Virus record (IMG/VR): IMGVR_UViG_2648501437_000025 | DNA: 38,438 nt | Direction: 5' to 3' (one strand) | From: a virus | Taxonomy: Duplodnaviria; Heunggongvirae; Uroviricota; Caudoviricetes | In this document: positions 10,382 to 19,555 of the stretch, in pieces | Position numbering within the stretch: position 1 is the stretch's first letter | How the letters are laid out: each line of letters begins with the position of its first letter | Program-made: the position numbers and the translations under genes | The notes under the pieces: model-generated | Told to the model about the DNA's origin: nothing | What the model saw: the letters and a program-made list of their open reading frames with translations, nothing else | The model's database searches: none

Positions 10382-11689
10382 TTAAATCCGAAGTGATGTG
10401 ACTCTTCCGGTCGGTTTGACAATAGGGAATTGCTTAACGATGAAATAACCTCCGGCATCATTCGGGTGATCATTGCCAGATTTTTTATCAGGCTCCCCCT
10501 TATCATCCCAGACCTGTTGCTCCAGAGATTCGGCATATACCGGACAACGCTTCACATTAACTTTATAGCGACGCTCACCATTGGCATTGCAGAACATTGC
10601 ATTCATTGAGTTAACGCGATCTTTTACTGGCGGGTTCGAGCTGTTCACCACAACGTTAAAACCAGCCTGCTTAAGCTGGGCTATATCCGTCGTACTTGCG
10701 TTACTTGATTTTCTGGAATCTCCGGAAGCATCTGGATAAATATAAATCTCCCTCACTTTCCGGTAATCATTCCCGTCATACAGCCAGAAGCGTTCTTTAA
10801 TGATGCGGATCATATCCGGCGTATCGTAGGCATTGATGATTTCAGTTACCGCACATGGAAGCCCCAAACGCAGCACATGGACGATCCCCGCCATCTTTCC
10901 AACGTTAAAATCCATCCCAATATAAATCGGCTCCCCTGGCTGCTCCACTTCTTCGCAATTATTCAGTTTCCGGTCAAACTGATGGTAAACAGTACCACTT
11001 GTCAGGTTAGTAAACTGTCCTCGAAGATAGGCTTTAATCAGCTCTGGAGGGTATGATTCAAGAAGCGAAGGAATGTAATCTGCTGGCAGGTTCTTTTCAT
11101 TATCGAAAGTAGATGCCTGCACCAGACCATACAGTGAGGCCAGCTCTGTTTTTTCACGCACGGCTTTAACAAACTGCTCGTAGACAAATTTGAATCCTTC
11201 CGGCGTGGTTGTAACGTCAATACCGTTGCGAAGTCCATCAATCTTATAACGCATACGCGCAATTATCTTGCGCCACGCCGTTCTGGCTTTTTCCTTCGGC
11301 AAAATGTCCAGTTCATCCACCAGCGCATTACCAATTTTGAAACCGACGATCGTTTGTGGCTTCTCCATCGATCTGCAGATAGTGGTTCCCCGATACTGGC
11401 GTCCGTAATAAAAGTGAACCTCTTTATTTCCCTCATTAATTTTTACGTTCAATCCCCAGTCAGCAGCAACTTCTTCCACTGTAGGGTAAAAAATATCGCG
11501 AATTTGGGGATACGTTGGCGCAAAATATCCCTGATTTATACCTGGATGCTCCCAAATCCCCTTGCATATGCCGCCACACCCAACCCATGTTTTGCCCGAG
11601 CCAAAACCAGCAATATAGGCTTTAAATTTATGGGGCATTGAAAGAAATCGCGCCTGAGGCACATTAAGCGTCGGAGAGATCATCTTCAT
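10382..11689 (-). CDS. Terminase large subunit
   Basis: Walker A-like GFGSGKT near the N-terminus, acidic nuclease-type C-terminal half; ATG at 11689 preceded by AAGGAG (track start 11692 is GTG). Confidence 0.85.
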   Translation of the reverse strand: MKMISPTLNVPQARFLSMPHKFKAYIAGFGSGKTWVGCGGICKGIWEHPGINQGYFAPTYPQIRDIFYPTVEEVAADWGLNVKINEGNKEVHFYYGRQYRGTTICRSMEKPQTIVGFKIGNALVDELDILPKEKARTAWRKIIARMRYKIDGLRNGIDVTTTPEGFKFVYEQFVKAVREKTELASLYGLVQASTFDNEKNLPADYIPSLLESYPPELIKAYLRGQFTNLTSGTVYHQFDRKLNNCEEVEQPGEPIYIGMDFNVGKMAGIVHVLRLGLPCAVTEIINAYDTPDMIRIIKERFWLYDGNDYRKVREIYIYPDASGDSRKSSNASTTDIAQLKQAGFNVVVNSSNPPVKDRVNSMNAMFCNANGERRYKVNVKRCPVYAESLEQQVWDDKGEPDKKSGNDHPNDAGGYFIVKQFPIVKPTGRVTSLRI

Positions 11690-12758
11690 CACTCCTTACT
11701 CTGGCATCAACCACATTAATATTGATCGCCACAGGCTGGGGATGTTCATTATCTTCCACCGTTTCGATCTCTTTGCGCAGCTTCTGGTTTTCCATTCTGC
11801 GTCGTTCAATTTCCAGTTCCTGTAGCCGCTTATCTGCACATAAAGCCCCGCCAGCAGAAAGCAAACGCAACAATTCACGCCGGGCGGCAGCCTTATCCTC
11901 CAGCAGGATCTCAACGCCGAATTTTCCGAGTTTTGCCCCTGCATATAATTGCCGCGCATCCCCATCAAGCAGAGTGGTATCAGCCATATAAAGCTGTCCC
12001 GTTCCCTCACCGCAGCACTTCGGGCAGTCCGGATTGGGTATGGCGTTATCAACAAAGCCGAGGCCTCCATATTCCGGTTCGGGTTTGCCATCTCTGGAAG
12101 CCTGCGCCGCTGCCTTGTCGAATTCTGCTATATCGCGCCACTGGTAGAGATGATTCTCGCCCCAGCAATAACGGCAGTTAACACGGCGAAATTGTGCAAG
12201 CTGATTGGGGTCGGCCAGGACAATGGCCATCAACTGACTCACCAGTAAATCCAGGTCTGCGGTATAGCGTTTCTGGTACTGATTGCGGAAGTAGCTGATA
12301 GCGCGAAAAACCCTGGCATTTCTAAGCATACGACTGGCGTTGCTGTTAGCTGTCGCACCTTGCCCCTCATAACCGGCTAGTCGGTACGCCTCTGTCGGCT
12401 TTTTCCCCTGAGCAACAAGCATCGCAAACTTAGCCTGCTGGTCAGAAATGCCGAATTCATCGGGACAGAACGAAAATTCCTCCGCGTCGCCCTCATTCAG
12501 GCCCGCATCGAATACTGGCTTTTTTTCCTGAGATTTTTCGTTCCGCTTTTGTGCAGTCTGCGCAGATTTTTTCTGCGCACTTTTTTGCGCAGTTTTGCGC
12601 ATTTCTGTCTGCGCATTTTTCGGAGGTTTTTTGATGTAACGACGGGCTGTTGCGTAATTCAGTCCCCTTGCTTCACACCATGCCACCGGAGATATACCGG
12701 AGCGGGTGTATTCAGCAATATACTCCTGCTGCAACGCCCCCCAGTCCGGTCTGCTCAT
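11664..12758 (-). CDS. Putative terminase small subunit / DNA-recognition packaging protein
   Basis: 364-aa ORF immediately upstream of the large terminase; basic N-terminal HTH-like segment and Cys cluster (CPKCCGEG). Confidence 0.5.
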   Translation of the reverse strand: MSRPDWGALQQEYIAEYTRSGISPVAWCEARGLNYATARRYIKKPPKNAQTEMRKTAQKSAQKKSAQTAQKRNEKSQEKKPVFDAGLNEGDAEEFSFCPDEFGISDQQAKFAMLVAQGKKPTEAYRLAGYEGQGATANSNASRMLRNARVFRAISYFRNQYQKRYTADLDLLVSQLMAIVLADPNQLAQFRRVNCRYCWGENHLYQWRDIAEFDKAAAQASRDGKPEPEYGGLGFVDNAIPNPDCPKCCGEGTGQLYMADTTLLDGDARQLYAGAKLGKFGVEILLEDKAAARRELLRLLSAGGALCADKRLQELEIERRRMENQKLRKEIETVEDNEHPQPVAININVVDARVRSDEDDLSDA

Positions 12759-12761
12759 CAG

Positions 12762-13013
12762 TTAGTCCTGATTTTTATCCACCCTGAGTAGTTCGCGCAG
12801 AGCAAAGGCATCCCCTTTTCTGGCAAGCTTAAACAATGCCGCTCGTAACTCGGCTTCACCTTTCGCTCTGCCCTTACGGATGGCCGCATAAAAATCTGTC
12901 ATTGCTTCCCGATTTTCTTTCAGTCGGTTCAGATCAACATCCAGAACGTCAGCGATTTGTTGTGCAGTCATCCGGCACGCTGCCAGAGACTCGACTTTCG
13001 AATACGGAATCAT
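12762..13013 (-). CDS. Small HTH-like protein upstream of the terminase genes
   Basis: 83-aa ORF with AGGGGTGA RBS; segment MTAQQIADVLDVDLNRLKE looks like a helix-turn-helix; overlaps the 3' end of the upstream gene by 65 nt. Confidence 0.4.
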   Translation of the reverse strand: MIPYSKVESLAACRMTAQQIADVLDVDLNRLKENREAMTDFYAAIRKGRAKGEAELRAALFKLARKGDAFALRELLRVDKNQD

Positions 13014-13881
13014 TTGTCACCCCTATTGATATGCAGGGTGTCTTCTTCCTGTATTTTTCGTGAAGGATTTTTACTGCAGCGTTGTTCCAGGTGACCTGAT
13101 GGTGAATGCGTTTATGGCTGGCACCCATCAGTGAGATTTTTACGCACGACGGCGCATACATGACGGAGTAAAAACTTTTAACGTAGGTTCCGGAATCCAG
13201 ATACAGCTCGGTCATTCCGCCGCTGTTTTTCTGCGTCTGTTTCTGCCCTAACTGGACAGCACCGATCGTCATAAACAATTCACCACAGCGACCGAGATTC
13301 GTGTACGTATTCACATCCTCGTTAATGCGCCCCATGAATGAGAACGGTCGATCAACCGAACAGATAAAGCTGTTCATTGCCTTGCGTTTCACCCACGAAG
13401 CATGGCCGCCATTGTCACCAAGAAAATCCCCGCCCTGCGACATAGCGATGGAAAGAGCAGGTATTGATTCGTAGTACGCCAGCATTTCAGAAAGGATCGC
13501 ATCCAGTTTCCTTATCGGAAAATAGGCCTGGTCATAGTTGCGATCCACCCGAAACTGGAACTCGTGATAATCATCATCGAGCTGAATGAAGTATTTACAC
13601 CCGACCAGTTTTGCCAGGTCGAAACAGGCATTACGGGCGTAAAAAATTGAGCGGCGGTCACCGAAATTATCGGCTTCGTCAAAACGACTGGCGATATCGG
13701 CTTTGGAAAACACCAGCACCTGTTCACCAAATTCAGCCATGTACTGATGCCGTGTCTTATCTTCATCATCAACAACGATAAAAATTTTCCCGGTATAGCC
13801 AGCACGACGCAACGTCCGGTAAGTCAGAACTTTGTCCGGTCGCCCGTGAGTCAGAATAAAGGCGCAAAAATCATCACGCAT
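12949..13881 (-). CDS. GT-A fold (family 2-like) glycosyltransferase-like protein
   Basis: N-terminal pattern FILTHGRPD...KIFIVVDDEDKT followed by LDDDYHEF (DxD-like) resembles GT2 signatures; ATG 13881 with GAGGAGGAGG RBS lies inside the end of the ParB-like gene. Possibly the intact counterpart of the K-12 Rac ydaY remnant (from memory). Confidence 0.5.
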   Translation of the reverse strand: MRDDFCAFILTHGRPDKVLTYRTLRRAGYTGKIFIVVDDEDKTRHQYMAEFGEQVLVFSKADIASRFDEADNFGDRRSIFYARNACFDLAKLVGCKYFIQLDDDYHEFQFRVDRNYDQAYFPIRKLDAILSEMLAYYESIPALSIAMSQGGDFLGDNGGHASWVKRKAMNSFICSVDRPFSFMGRINEDVNTYTNLGRCGELFMTIGAVQLGQKQTQKNSGGMTELYLDSGTYVKSFYSVMYAPSCVKISLMGASHKRIHHQVTWNNAAVKILHEKYRKKTPCISIGVTNDSVFESRVSGSVPDDCTTNR

Positions 13882-14665
13882 ATTCCTCCTCCTCACCACC
13901 ATGCATGATCTCCACCATGCGCTGCGTCATCCGGACAAATCCATTTTCAATAGCCTGCTGATAATCAATGATCACCAGCGCCGACTCCTCGAAAAAACAC
14001 TGAATTTCAGCGGGGGCGTGAGCGTAATAGTCCGCAATTCTGCTGAAATTAAACACCGTGTGACGTTCTGCCGCACACAGGAGGAATTTCTCAATATCAG
14101 GCTCAAGAGACGCCGAACGTATCCGGCTGATCAGCTCCTGAGTTTTCGTATCGTCGTACAGTTCACTGATATCCGGTTTACCGCCCGACGGCTCATAAAC
14201 AGGCGTATCAATTTTCGTCGTATACGGCTCCTCCTCATTTTCTGTACCGGGCAAAACATCCGTCAACAGTTCATCAATTTCTGTCGGGCTGAAGCCTGTC
14301 AGGGAGACATCAAAATCAGCATTGATTAGGTCCGACAGCTCCATCCGTAACAGATCTTCATCCCAGCCAGCATTCATCGGCAGGCGATTATCTGCCAGGC
14401 GGTACGCCTTTTTCTGATCATCCATCAAACCAGACAGAACGATGACCGGAATGGAATCCATTTTGAGCACTTCAGCCGCCATAACGCGACCGTGACCAGC
14501 AATAATTTCGCCCTTTTCATCAATCAGCACCGGATTAGTCCAGCCGAATTGCTTAATGCTTTCTACCAGTTGTGCCACCTGCTCAGGGCTGTGTGTCCTG
14601 GCGTTGTGTGCATACGGAGACAGTTCTTGTAAAGGGCGATAGACGATCTTCAATTTCTCGCTCAT
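13874..14665 (-). CDS. ynaK: ParB-like nuclease (ParB N-terminal / sulfiredoxin-like) domain protein
   Basis: N-terminal VYRPLQELSPYAHNARTHSPEQVAQLVESI...GEIIAGHGRV matches the ParB-N motif; acidic C-terminus; symbol by remembered similarity to the K-12 Rac YnaK fragment. Confidence 0.65.
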   Translation of the reverse strand: MSEKLKIVYRPLQELSPYAHNARTHSPEQVAQLVESIKQFGWTNPVLIDEKGEIIAGHGRVMAAEVLKMDSIPVIVLSGLMDDQKKAYRLADNRLPMNAGWDEDLLRMELSDLINADFDVSLTGFSPTEIDELLTDVLPGTENEEEPYTTKIDTPVYEPSGGKPDISELYDDTKTQELISRIRSASLEPDIEKFLLCAAERHTVFNFSRIADYYAHAPAEIQCFFEESALVIIDYQQAIENGFVRMTQRMVEIMHGGEEEEYA

Positions 14666-14802
14666 ACAGCCTTGCTTTATGAATAAAACGCACCCCAGCA
14701 GCCAGTGCTACTGGGGGCGGAGGTGTTGCTGGTAAAGTTAGGTATTGGATCAATGAGTGAGTCAATATAATATTAAACTCACAATTATAAATCAGCCATA
14801 TA

Positions 14803-16260
14803 TTAGGAGCGCCAAAAAAAACCTGAAAACAATATAATAACAGGATAAATTTCAAGGCGACCAAGAATCATAGCTATGCACATTAAATATTTTGCAATGT
14901 CATTAAGCACTCCGAATGACGATGCAGTAGCCCCAAAACCTAATCCCATATTATTAATACATGCAGCCACTGTTGCAAATGATGTAAGAAAATCATATCC
15001 CATACCATTTAACACCAGTATAAAAAACACCGTGAAGAGAGTATAAAGAAAAAAGAAACTCCATACAGACCTCATTACACGATCTGTAACTATCTTCCCT
15101 CCTACATTTACACTCAACAACGCTCTGGGATGAGAAAGCTGGTTTATCTCGTGTTTGCTTTGTTTGAAAAGTATAAGAAATCGAAGTGACTTAATTCCAC
15201 CACAAGTTGAACCTATACATCCCCCAAAGAAACTTGACAACAGCAAAAACACTATCGTGTGCGTGGGCCAGTTTGCATAATCCTGCGTAGCTAAACCATT
15301 ATCAGTGAGCATGGAGCTGGCAAGAAAAAACGAATGAATAAAACTTCCAGGCAAGTCATACATACCTATATGCCAGACCTGGAAAGAGGTAACAATGATC
15401 ACCCCTAAGGCTATTAACAGAAAGAAACGAAGTTCAATATCTCTGATTAAAGGTTTTAACGTTTTCCTGCTAATAACAATATACCAAAGGGTGAAGTTGA
15501 AAGCCGATAGCAGGGAAAAAGAACCAGCCACCAGCTCAACCAAATAGTTATTAAAATATCCGATACTCTCGCTATGAGTTGAGAAACCACCAAGCGAAAC
15601 TGTGGATATCCCGTGACAAATAGCATCAAACAAAGGCATTCCTGCAAGTCTATAACAGACAATACAAGCAATACCTAATAAAGAATAAGTTATCCAAAGT
15701 GTCCGTGACGTATCGGCCAGGCGGGGAGTAAGTTTGTCATCCTTAAATGGCCCTGGCATTTCTGACTGATAAAGCTTTGCACCACCAATACCCAATAATG
15801 GCAATACAGCAACCGCCAGAACAATAACTCCTAAACCACCTATAAAATTTAACTGCGACCGATAGTACAAATATGCCCGAGGTAATGAACTAACATCATC
15901 AATTACAGTTGCTCCTGTTGTTGTTATTCCAGAAACCCCTTCAAACAGAGCATCAATGAACGTTAAATTAAGTTCTGAGTCAATCCATAAAGGGAATGCA
16001 CTAATAACAGAAAACAAAATCCAAAACATTACAATTATAATAAACCCATCACGGGTACGTAATTGAATGCCAGATTTCTTAGTTGTATACCACGCTCCGC
16101 CACCAATGCAAAAAAATATAACGAAAGTTATAAAGAAAACGAACAGGCTTTTTTCTTTATAAAACAATGCTACAACCATTGGTGGCAACATTGAAAGACT
16201 ATAGAGCCAAACCAGGAACCCACACATATGAGTAACAACTCTTACATGAGATGTATTCAT
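14803..16260 (-). CDS. trkG: Trk-system potassium uptake protein TrkG (TrkH family)
   Basis: Polytopic membrane protein with repeated Gly-rich selectivity-filter-like segments (GITTTGATV, GGLGV, GLGFGAT); AT-rich gene between the lysis cassette and packaging genes as in K-12 Rac; ATG at 16260 (MNTSHVRVV...). Confidence 0.9.
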   Translation of the reverse strand: MNTSHVRVVTHMCGFLVWLYSLSMLPPMVVALFYKEKSLFVFFITFVIFFCIGGGAWYTTKKSGIQLRTRDGFIIIVMFWILFSVISAFPLWIDSELNLTFIDALFEGVSGITTTGATVIDDVSSLPRAYLYYRSQLNFIGGLGVIVLAVAVLPLLGIGGAKLYQSEMPGPFKDDKLTPRLADTSRTLWITYSLLGIACIVCYRLAGMPLFDAICHGISTVSLGGFSTHSESIGYFNNYLVELVAGSFSLLSAFNFTLWYIVISRKTLKPLIRDIELRFFLLIALGVIIVTSFQVWHIGMYDLPGSFIHSFFLASSMLTDNGLATQDYANWPTHTIVFLLLSSFFGGCIGSTCGGIKSLRFLILFKQSKHEINQLSHPRALLSVNVGGKIVTDRVMRSVWSFFFLYTLFTVFFILVLNGMGYDFLTSFATVAACINNMGLGFGATASSFGVLNDIAKYLMCIAMILGRLEIYPVIILFSGFFWRS

Positions 16261-16397
16261 ATCTAAATATTCTTTCAATTATAACCACCTTGCTGCAATA
16301 TTATGATTATACTGTATAAAATTTAACTCCTCTTAGATCTTACTTCACTGTTCCTTATGAAACAATCATCAAAATGAATCATATTGTAGTTAAGATT

Positions 16398-16862
16398 TTA
16401 CTTTAAACACTGTTCGGTTATGTATTGCTGAGCACCTTCAAGTTGGGCCTGCATCATTACCAGTCGTTCCCGGAGGGTGAAATAATCCCGTTCAGCGGTG
16501 TCTGCCAGTCGGGGGGAGGCTGCATTATCCACGCCGGAGGCGGTGGTGGCTTCACGCACTGACTGACAGACTGCTTTGATGTGCAACCGACGACGACCAG
16601 CGGCAACATCATCACGCAGAGCATCATTTTCAGCTTTCGCATCAGCTAACTCCTTCGTGTATTTTGCATCGAGCGCAGCAACATCACGCTGACGCATCTG
16701 CATGTCAGTAATTGCCGCGTTCGCCAGCTTCAGTTCTCTGGCATTTTTGTCGCGCTGGGCTTTGTAGGTAATGGCGTTATCACGGTAATGATTAACAGCC
16801 CATGACAGGCAGACGATGATGCAGATAACCAGAGCGGAGATAATCGCGGTTACTCTGTTCAT
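16398..16862 (-). CDS. Rz-like i-spanin
   Basis: N-terminal TM segment then coiled-coil periplasmic domain; ATG at 16862 overlaps the endolysin stop (ATGA). Confidence 0.8.
   Translation of the reverse strand: MNRVTAIISALVICIIVCLSWAVNHYRDNAITYKAQRDKNARELKLANAAITDMQMRQRDVAALDAKYTKELADAKAENDALRDDVAAGRRRLHIKAVCQSVREATTASGVDNAASPRLADTAERDYFTLRERLVMMQAQLEGAQQYITEQCLK
16457..16642 (-). CDS. Rz1-like o-spanin lipoprotein (embedded in Rz, +1 frame)
   Basis: Signal peptide with lipobox VVGC, proline-rich mature part (PPPPPAW...PPPDW), fully nested within the Rz gene. Confidence 0.7.
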   Translation of the reverse strand: MRKLKMMLCVMMLPLVVVGCTSKQSVSQCVKPPPPPAWIMQPPPDWQTPLNGIISPSGNDW

Positions 16863-17356
16863 TGCTGACCCCACAAACAGATTTCACGCTCAATCTCACG
16901 ACGAGTCATGAGACCTTTCCATTGCTTACCGCCAGCATATGTCCAGCGACGTAGCTGATCACATGCGCCTTTGATATCGCCCTGGTTTATTTTGCGAAGA
17001 AGCGTCGATGTTCTGAAATTGCCAGCACCCACGTTGTAAACGAATGAGTAAAGAGCGCCGCGCGTTGTTTCCGGTATATCGACTTTGATGTACGGGTTAA
17101 TTTGTCTGGCGACAGTGGCAAGGTCTTTATTCAAGAGTGCTTTGCATTCTGCTTTGGTATACGTTTTACCGAGCATGATGTCTTTTCCTGTATGCCCGTG
17201 ACATACAGTCCATACACCAACAATATCTTTGTATGGTATGTAGCTGACACCTTCCAGACCATCGTTACCACTTGGGCCAGTGATTAACACTGATGCTATA
17301 GCAATTGCTCCGCCACCAATAGCAGCAGCAACGGCTTTTCGTAATGATGGAGGCAT
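16859..17356 (-). CDS. SAR endolysin (phage lysozyme)
   Basis: N-terminal Gly/Ala-rich weakly hydrophobic segment ([18 protein letters not shown]) typical of signal-anchor-release endolysins, followed by a lysozyme-like domain; start overlaps the holin stop. Confidence 0.85.
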   Translation of the reverse strand: MPPSLRKAVAAAIGGGAIAIASVLITGPSGNDGLEGVSYIPYKDIVGVWTVCHGHTGKDIMLGKTYTKAECKALLNKDLATVARQINPYIKVDIPETTRGALYSFVYNVGAGNFRTSTLLRKINQGDIKGACDQLRRWTYAGGKQWKGLMTRREIEREICLWGQQ

Positions 17357-17571
17357 TATTCACCTCTCGCAGCCTTGCGCTTATCTTCTTTAATCTTGAA
17401 ATAAAGGTTTGTCAGGTACGTCAGCAGGCCAAAAACCAGACTACCCAGCACACCGATTGCAGCCCACTGTGACGGAGTTACTCTATCGAGCAACTGTAAA
17501 AACCAGTAGCCAGCACTGCCTGCGGAGGTGCCATAGGCGACACCCGTTGTTAACTTATCCATGGATTTCAT
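17356..17571 (-). CDS. Pinholin (phage 21 S-like), dual start
   Basis: [26 protein letters not shown]... closely resembles the phage 21 S pinholin from memory; two in-frame ATGs (17571 and 17562) as in holin/antiholin pairs; GAGGTGGGGG RBS. Confidence 0.85.
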   Translation of the reverse strand: MKSMDKLTTGVAYGTSAGSAGYWFLQLLDRVTPSQWAAIGVLGSLVFGLLTYLTNLYFKIKEDKRKAARGE

Positions 17572-17842
17572 AACCCCCACCTCGCAGATGCGGGCGCTGT
17601 GTAATGGAAACAAAAAATGGCCACCAGCGGCCCGTAAAAAACACCCCGCCAAAAGCACCGGCATCCGCAGATGCCCTTTGCGTGGCGTTATTTGATGCGC
17701 GCCAGATGTGGCGCAAAGAAATGAAATAAGACTTACCTGAAATTAAGGTTAATCTGAGGATTTAAACCATTTTTAAAGCTTAGTAATATCAACTCGTCTC
17801 CCGGAGGAGACCGATACTTACTCTTCTTCACGGACTTTGTCC

Positions 17843-17876
17843 CGCGGCGTTAATCCGACGGCCGCGCTTTTTTTTT
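17843..17876 (+). terminator. Plus-strand hairpin followed by T9 (intrinsic terminator-like) inside the non-coding leader
   Basis: cgcggc...gccgcg inverted repeat followed by nine T; no plus-strand ORF upstream. Confidence 0.4.
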
Positions 17877-17958
17877 GCGCCATATTCATCGCTAACTTAC
17901 ATGGCATTGCCACACGGGCATTATCAGTGTCCGTGTTTCTTTTTTTAGGGTTCAGAAT

Positions 17959-17984
17959 AAAAAAAACCGCCCGGTGGAGGCGGT
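17959..17984 (-). terminator. Minus-strand intrinsic terminator-like hairpin in the late leader
   Basis: Plus strand A-run then accgcc-cggtgga-ggcggt; on the minus strand a stem-loop followed by a U-run. Confidence 0.45.
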
Positions 17985-18251
17985 AAAGGATGTATTTCCA
18001 GGTTTTGCTTAATATATGATTAATCTCAATGTCATGGTGTTATTTACAACACCAGAATGATGCATCACCGACCCTGCCAGGAAATATAAAATCTCCGCCG
18101 AAAATGCACCATTCTGCTGCCGTAAAAAAATCAGCACTGCGGCTACACCCGACCCCAAATCATAGCCAGAGAACAGAATGTTTTTAACAATCTACCCCCA
18201 CGTAATAAAAAAATACGTCAGTGCCGTCACTATAAGGCGTATTTCAAATGT

Positions 18252-18326
<75 letters not shown>

Positions 18327-18332
18327 ATATGA

Positions 18333-18405
<73 letters not shown>

Positions 18406-18407
18406 AA

Positions 18408-18484
18408 TGGACCGTCACCGGGGACTCGAACCCCGCGCCATCAACTTCGAAGGCTGATGCTCTATCCGGATGAGCTAGTGACGG
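18408..18484 (-). tRNA. tRNA-Arg (anticodon TCG)
   Basis: Acceptor CCGTCAC/GTGACGG, D-arm GCTC...GAGC, anticodon stem TCAGC/GTTGA with loop CTTCGAA, T-arm CGGGG-TTCGAGT-CCCCG, encoded CCA. Confidence 0.8.
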
Positions 18485-18612
18485 TTTTATTGCCACATCC
18501 GTAACGACAGCCAGCGGGAATAATATGCATTCAGAATCAGCCGCCTTAGCTAATTGTGCAACCATCTGCTCTTTGCAAGTGCACTTAACGTCCTGCGCCA
18601 CTTTTCAGGCAT

Positions 18613-18635
18613 AAAAAAACCCGCAAAAAGCGGGC
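18613..18635 (-). terminator. tR'-like intrinsic terminator downstream of the Q gene
   Basis: Minus strand cccgc-uuuuu-gcggg followed by U7, about 100 nt downstream of the Q stop and upstream of the tRNAs and lysis genes. Confidence 0.55.
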
Positions 18636-18695
18636 TCTTTCAAATATCCATGTCTGCTATTCGCCTCGCGATACAGCTTTGCGAAGCGTACTGGA

Positions 18696-18724
18696 ATTAA
18701 AGCAGTTTGTTGCTCATTTTGCAA
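18696..18724 (-). promoter_or_regulatory. Candidate late promoter (pR'-like) between Q and the tR'-like terminator
   Basis: Minus strand TTGCAA, 17-nt spacer, TTTAAT, placed just after the Q stop codon; sequence-only prediction. Confidence 0.35.
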
Positions 18725-18731
18725 TGATTTT

Positions 18732-19268
18732 TTAAGCATAATCGAACGCTTCTCTCATAGGTGAATACAAAATGAACTCTGCAACACGCAACCACTGATC
18801 AACACGACGTCGGCATGTAATCAACGCCCACTCTGGGTACTGTTCGTTTAATAACTCGGCCATCCTTCTCTTACTCATCCCTCGCCCCACATAACGCTGA
18901 CTCAGGACATTTAGTAGTCCTGGATGATCCGCCAGAACTTCACCTATAACACTATCAATTTTTAGTGCCTCTGCATCAGTGCAGTGAGTTAACCAGCTTT
19001 TTTGCTTTCCTTCGATCATCTCACGCAAAAATGCTTCCAACTCTGGTTTATCAATTCCCGCTTTTTTCAATCTGCGCAGGGCTTCATTGATGGCTGTTTT
19101 TGTCATTTTTTGGGATGCCAGCAACTGGTTAAACATATTCCCTGACCTGCCGCCGCCAATATACGACCAGCGCCCCCACATACGTAGTTTTCCCTGAATC
19201 CAGACACTTTCCAGCGTGGTGAGACGAAGGTGTTCTCCGCTTTTTCCTGTATTCGTTGGGTAAATCAT
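18732..19268 (-). CDS. Late-gene antitermination protein Q-like
   Basis: Last gene of the nin block, directly upstream of the promoter/terminator/tRNA/lysis arrangement; ATG 19268 with AGGAGGG RBS (track ORF extends to 19388); family assigned by position and size, not a confirmed motif. Confidence 0.6.
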   Translation of the reverse strand: MIYPTNTGKSGEHLRLTTLESVWIQGKLRMWGRWSYIGGGRSGNMFNQLLASQKMTKTAINEALRRLKKAGIDKPELEAFLREMIEGKQKSWLTHCTDAEALKIDSVIGEVLADHPGLLNVLSQRYVGRGMSKRRMAELLNEQYPEWALITCRRRVDQWLRVAEFILYSPMREAFDYA

Positions 19269-19555
19269 AAATATCCCTCCTTTCTCCAGATTTCTTGTGT
19301 GCGAAAAACACCTTCTGCATGCATCAGGCGTAATTCTTCTTTGGTGTAATCGCTGGTTTTTACCCGCCCGTCGATTAAATCGTGGCACGAGCTACAGGCA
19401 ATTGCTGCCTGCATATCGTGTGGCTTTATCGCTGTTCCGCACGTACCCGCCAGTCGGTAATGAGCCAGTACAGACGTTTCAGGATTGTGATTGCAGTAGC
19501 CTGGGATTCTGACCTGGCACATCTGGCCCTGCGCCGCTTTACGTAAATTCACCAT
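19265..19555 (-). CDS. ybcO: YbcO-like (DUF1364) nin-region protein
   Basis: 96-aa protein with Cys pattern CQVRIPGYCNHNPETSVLAHYRL...CSSCHDLIDGR, closely resembling E. coli prophage YbcO as I remember it. Confidence 0.7.
   Translation of the reverse strand: MVNLRKAAQGQMCQVRIPGYCNHNPETSVLAHYRLAGTCGTAIKPHDMQAAIACSSCHDLIDGRVKTSDYTKEELRLMHAEGVFRTQEIWRKEGYL

Noticed and set aside
11696-12248. ORFs 11696..12091 (-), 11722..11991 (+), 11933..12181 (+), 11949..12248 (+)
   Set aside because: Alternative frames within the putative small terminase gene; the 364-aa frame has the better start context and expected position.
14583-14864. ORF 14583..14864 (-) spanning the trkG/ParB-like intergenic region
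   Set aside because: Overlaps the 3' end of trkG and the 5' end of the ParB-like gene in another frame; no motif; likely spurious.
17572-18251. Possible fourth tRNA or a toxin gene (for example stx-like cargo) between the tRNAs and the holin
   Set aside because: No additional T-loop (GGTTCGA-type) sequence and no ORF of meaningful length on either strand; only hairpins were found.
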